A stretch of 64,000 bases of DNA, from the NCBI GenBank assembly GCA_018238155.1, contig JABCTZ010000006.1:64001-128000 (forward strand), in the 5' to 3' direction. The translations under genes were made by a program, and so were the position numbers. This document shows positions 62,594-64,000 of the stretch, piece after piece; the stretch's first letter is position 1, and every line of letters begins with the position of its first letter. Origin of the DNA: Candidatus Heimdallarchaeota archaeon. Lineage in GTDB: Archaea > Asgardarchaeota > Heimdallarchaeia > JABLTI01. The notes below the pieces were generated by a model, which saw only the letters and a program-made list of their open reading frames with translations, did no database searches and had not been told where the DNA came from.

Positions 62594-63070
62594 TTAAGGC
62601 ATATAACTGAAGGATGCAAATAATACTATTACTACTATAATTGCTATGATACTCAATATGATACCAATTGCAGATAGTATCAAACCTCCTATTGCTACTC
62701 CTTTACTAGGTTTTCCCATTCCAATGACACCTGTTATCAAACCAGCAATGAAAAATATTGGGGATAAAAAAGGGAAAATAAAAATTGAAATAAAACCAAT
62801 AAATGACACTATTAGTGATATTATTCCAAGTGAATTTGTTTGATTCTCAGTTTTATTAGGTTGAACATAAATAGTCTTAGCACTTGCTCCATATTGATGT
62901 GTTGTTGTTTTTGGAGGAGGAGGGTACTGCTGTTGAGTGGATTGTTGTGATGATAAGGTCTGACTTTGAGCTGGATCAGTTTTTTCCAAAAGGTTTGCAC
63001 CACAACTATTGCAAAACTCATCTCCAATTTTCATCACGCTACCACAGAAAGGACAATAATTATCTGACAT
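62594..63070 (-). CDS. zinc-ribbon + DUF4190-like membrane protein, paralog
   Basis: MSDNYCPFCG..FCNSCG, HQYGA shared with 61123-61581. Confidence 0.8.
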   Translation of the reverse strand: MSDNYCPFCGSVMKIGDEFCNSCGANLLEKTDPAQSQTLSSQQSTQQQYPPPPKTTTHQYGASAKTIYVQPNKTENQTNSLGIISLIVSFIGFISIFIFPFLSPIFFIAGLITGVIGMGKPSKGVAIGGLILSAIGIILSIIAIIVVIVLFASFSYMP

Positions 63071-63328
63071 TTATAAATCGCCATTTTCTATTATAATATT
63101 ATCGTCTCATTATAGGATATAAATTCTTTTGTGGTATTAATTTTCTGATTGTAAATGAATGGATTTCCTCTCAAAATTAATGATACATCTTGTTCTGAAA
63201 GTAATGGTAATTTTATATAAAATTCAAGCAGAAATTCTCCAAAGAAGCTACATAATGCGTTCTCCCTAATCTTTATTTAGTGTGAAGTTTAAGAAATAAG
63301 GAACTTGCAAAGATGAAAGGTTTTAAAG

Positions 63329-63580
63329 ATGCGTCCCCCTGAATGTGCAATTTGTGGAAATGATTTTGAACCAGGAGAAAAAGGTGGAGTTTTACATTTT
63401 AAAAAACGATTTTCAGATTATGTTTGGGAGAGAAAAATGAAGAGAATAAATGGTGTAGGGCATCCTCCATTTGCTGATTGGTTCTGTGAAAAACATTTCT
63501 CTAGAGCAAAACAGCTCTTGAGTTTGACGATCAATAAAGCGATGAAGATTCTAAGAGAAGAGGAAGAAGAAAAGAAATAA
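63329..63580 (+). CDS. small zinc-binding hypothetical protein
   Basis: MRPPECAIC...WFCEKH. Confidence 0.75.
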   Translation: MRPPECAICGNDFEPGEKGGVLHFKKRFSDYVWERKMKRINGVGHPPFADWFCEKHFSRAKQLLSLTINKAMKILREEEEEKK

Positions 63581-63594
63581 AGTAAATAAAAAAA

Positions 63595-64000
63595 CTAAAT
63601 GATTGACTCTTTCGAATATTCACTTTTTTCTTTTCGCTCATTAATCATAGGTGCAATTCTTAGCACCAAAGTATCATCTTTTTTAATTTTGAAATTGATT
63701 CCTGTTCTCTGAAGCTTTTCAAGGGTTGTTTCTTCAGTATCAATTTCTGAATTACTATGCTTGTAAATAATTTCTACATTCAGATCAGTTTTCTTAGGTA
63801 AACGAGTTTTAGCTGGGATGAGTACTCTAAAATTCCCTTCTTTCTTCTTGCCACGATTTAAGAGAAACACGAACAAGGATTTCTTTTCTTTATTGAATCG
63901 GCAAACAATTTCTATCTCTACATCTGAATTGAAAGTTTTATGCACATTATGTAAGGCTAACATATCTTCTAGAAATTCTCTATTTTGTTGTTTGGTTTTC
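63595..64000 (-). CDS. C-terminal part of a gene running off the window
   Basis: Frame is open to the window edge. Confidence 0.6.
   Translation of the reverse strand, partial: KTKQQNREFLEDMLALHNVHKTFNSDVEIEIVCRFNKEKKSLFVFLLNRGKKKEGNFRVLIPAKTRLPKKTDLNVEIIYKHSNSEIDTEETTLEKLQRTGINFKIKKDDTLVLRIAPMINERKEKSEYSKESII

Overview
AT-rich archaeal chromosome segment, most likely from an Asgard archaeon (Heimdallarchaeia-like). This rests on a divergent archaeal 16S, longin/DENN-type, PLAT and RING-like proteins, and many C-terminally anchored secreted proteins; the taxonomy is inferred, not searched. It carries a stand-alone 16S rRNA gene (~6404-7894, no tRNA or 23S follows) enclosed by a textbook bulge-helix-bulge (BHB) processing stem. 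The main finding lies directly downstream (~7.9-17.0 kb). The 16S 3' trailer (3' strand of the BHB stem plus a GCGAGTTAGGTT/T-rich tail) recurs eight times counting the native copy, and one copy still carries the last 23 nt of 16S starting in the helix-45 loop. Each pair of copies brackets a gene cassette: SBBP propeller plus caspase-like protease, Phd-RelE, two DUF433-PIN pairs, HicB-HicA, and two LVIVD-like surface proteins. This looks like an integron-like cassette array built on an rRNA processing signal, with no integrase in the window. The rest of the window holds fused and split acyl-CoA dehydratase-activase systems, a bacterial-type plsY-degV pair next to a PLAT protein, a 1845-aa FG-GAP/Ig receptor-like protein with a cytoplasmic longin-like domain, hydrolases, regulators, small zinc proteins and several interrupted genes.
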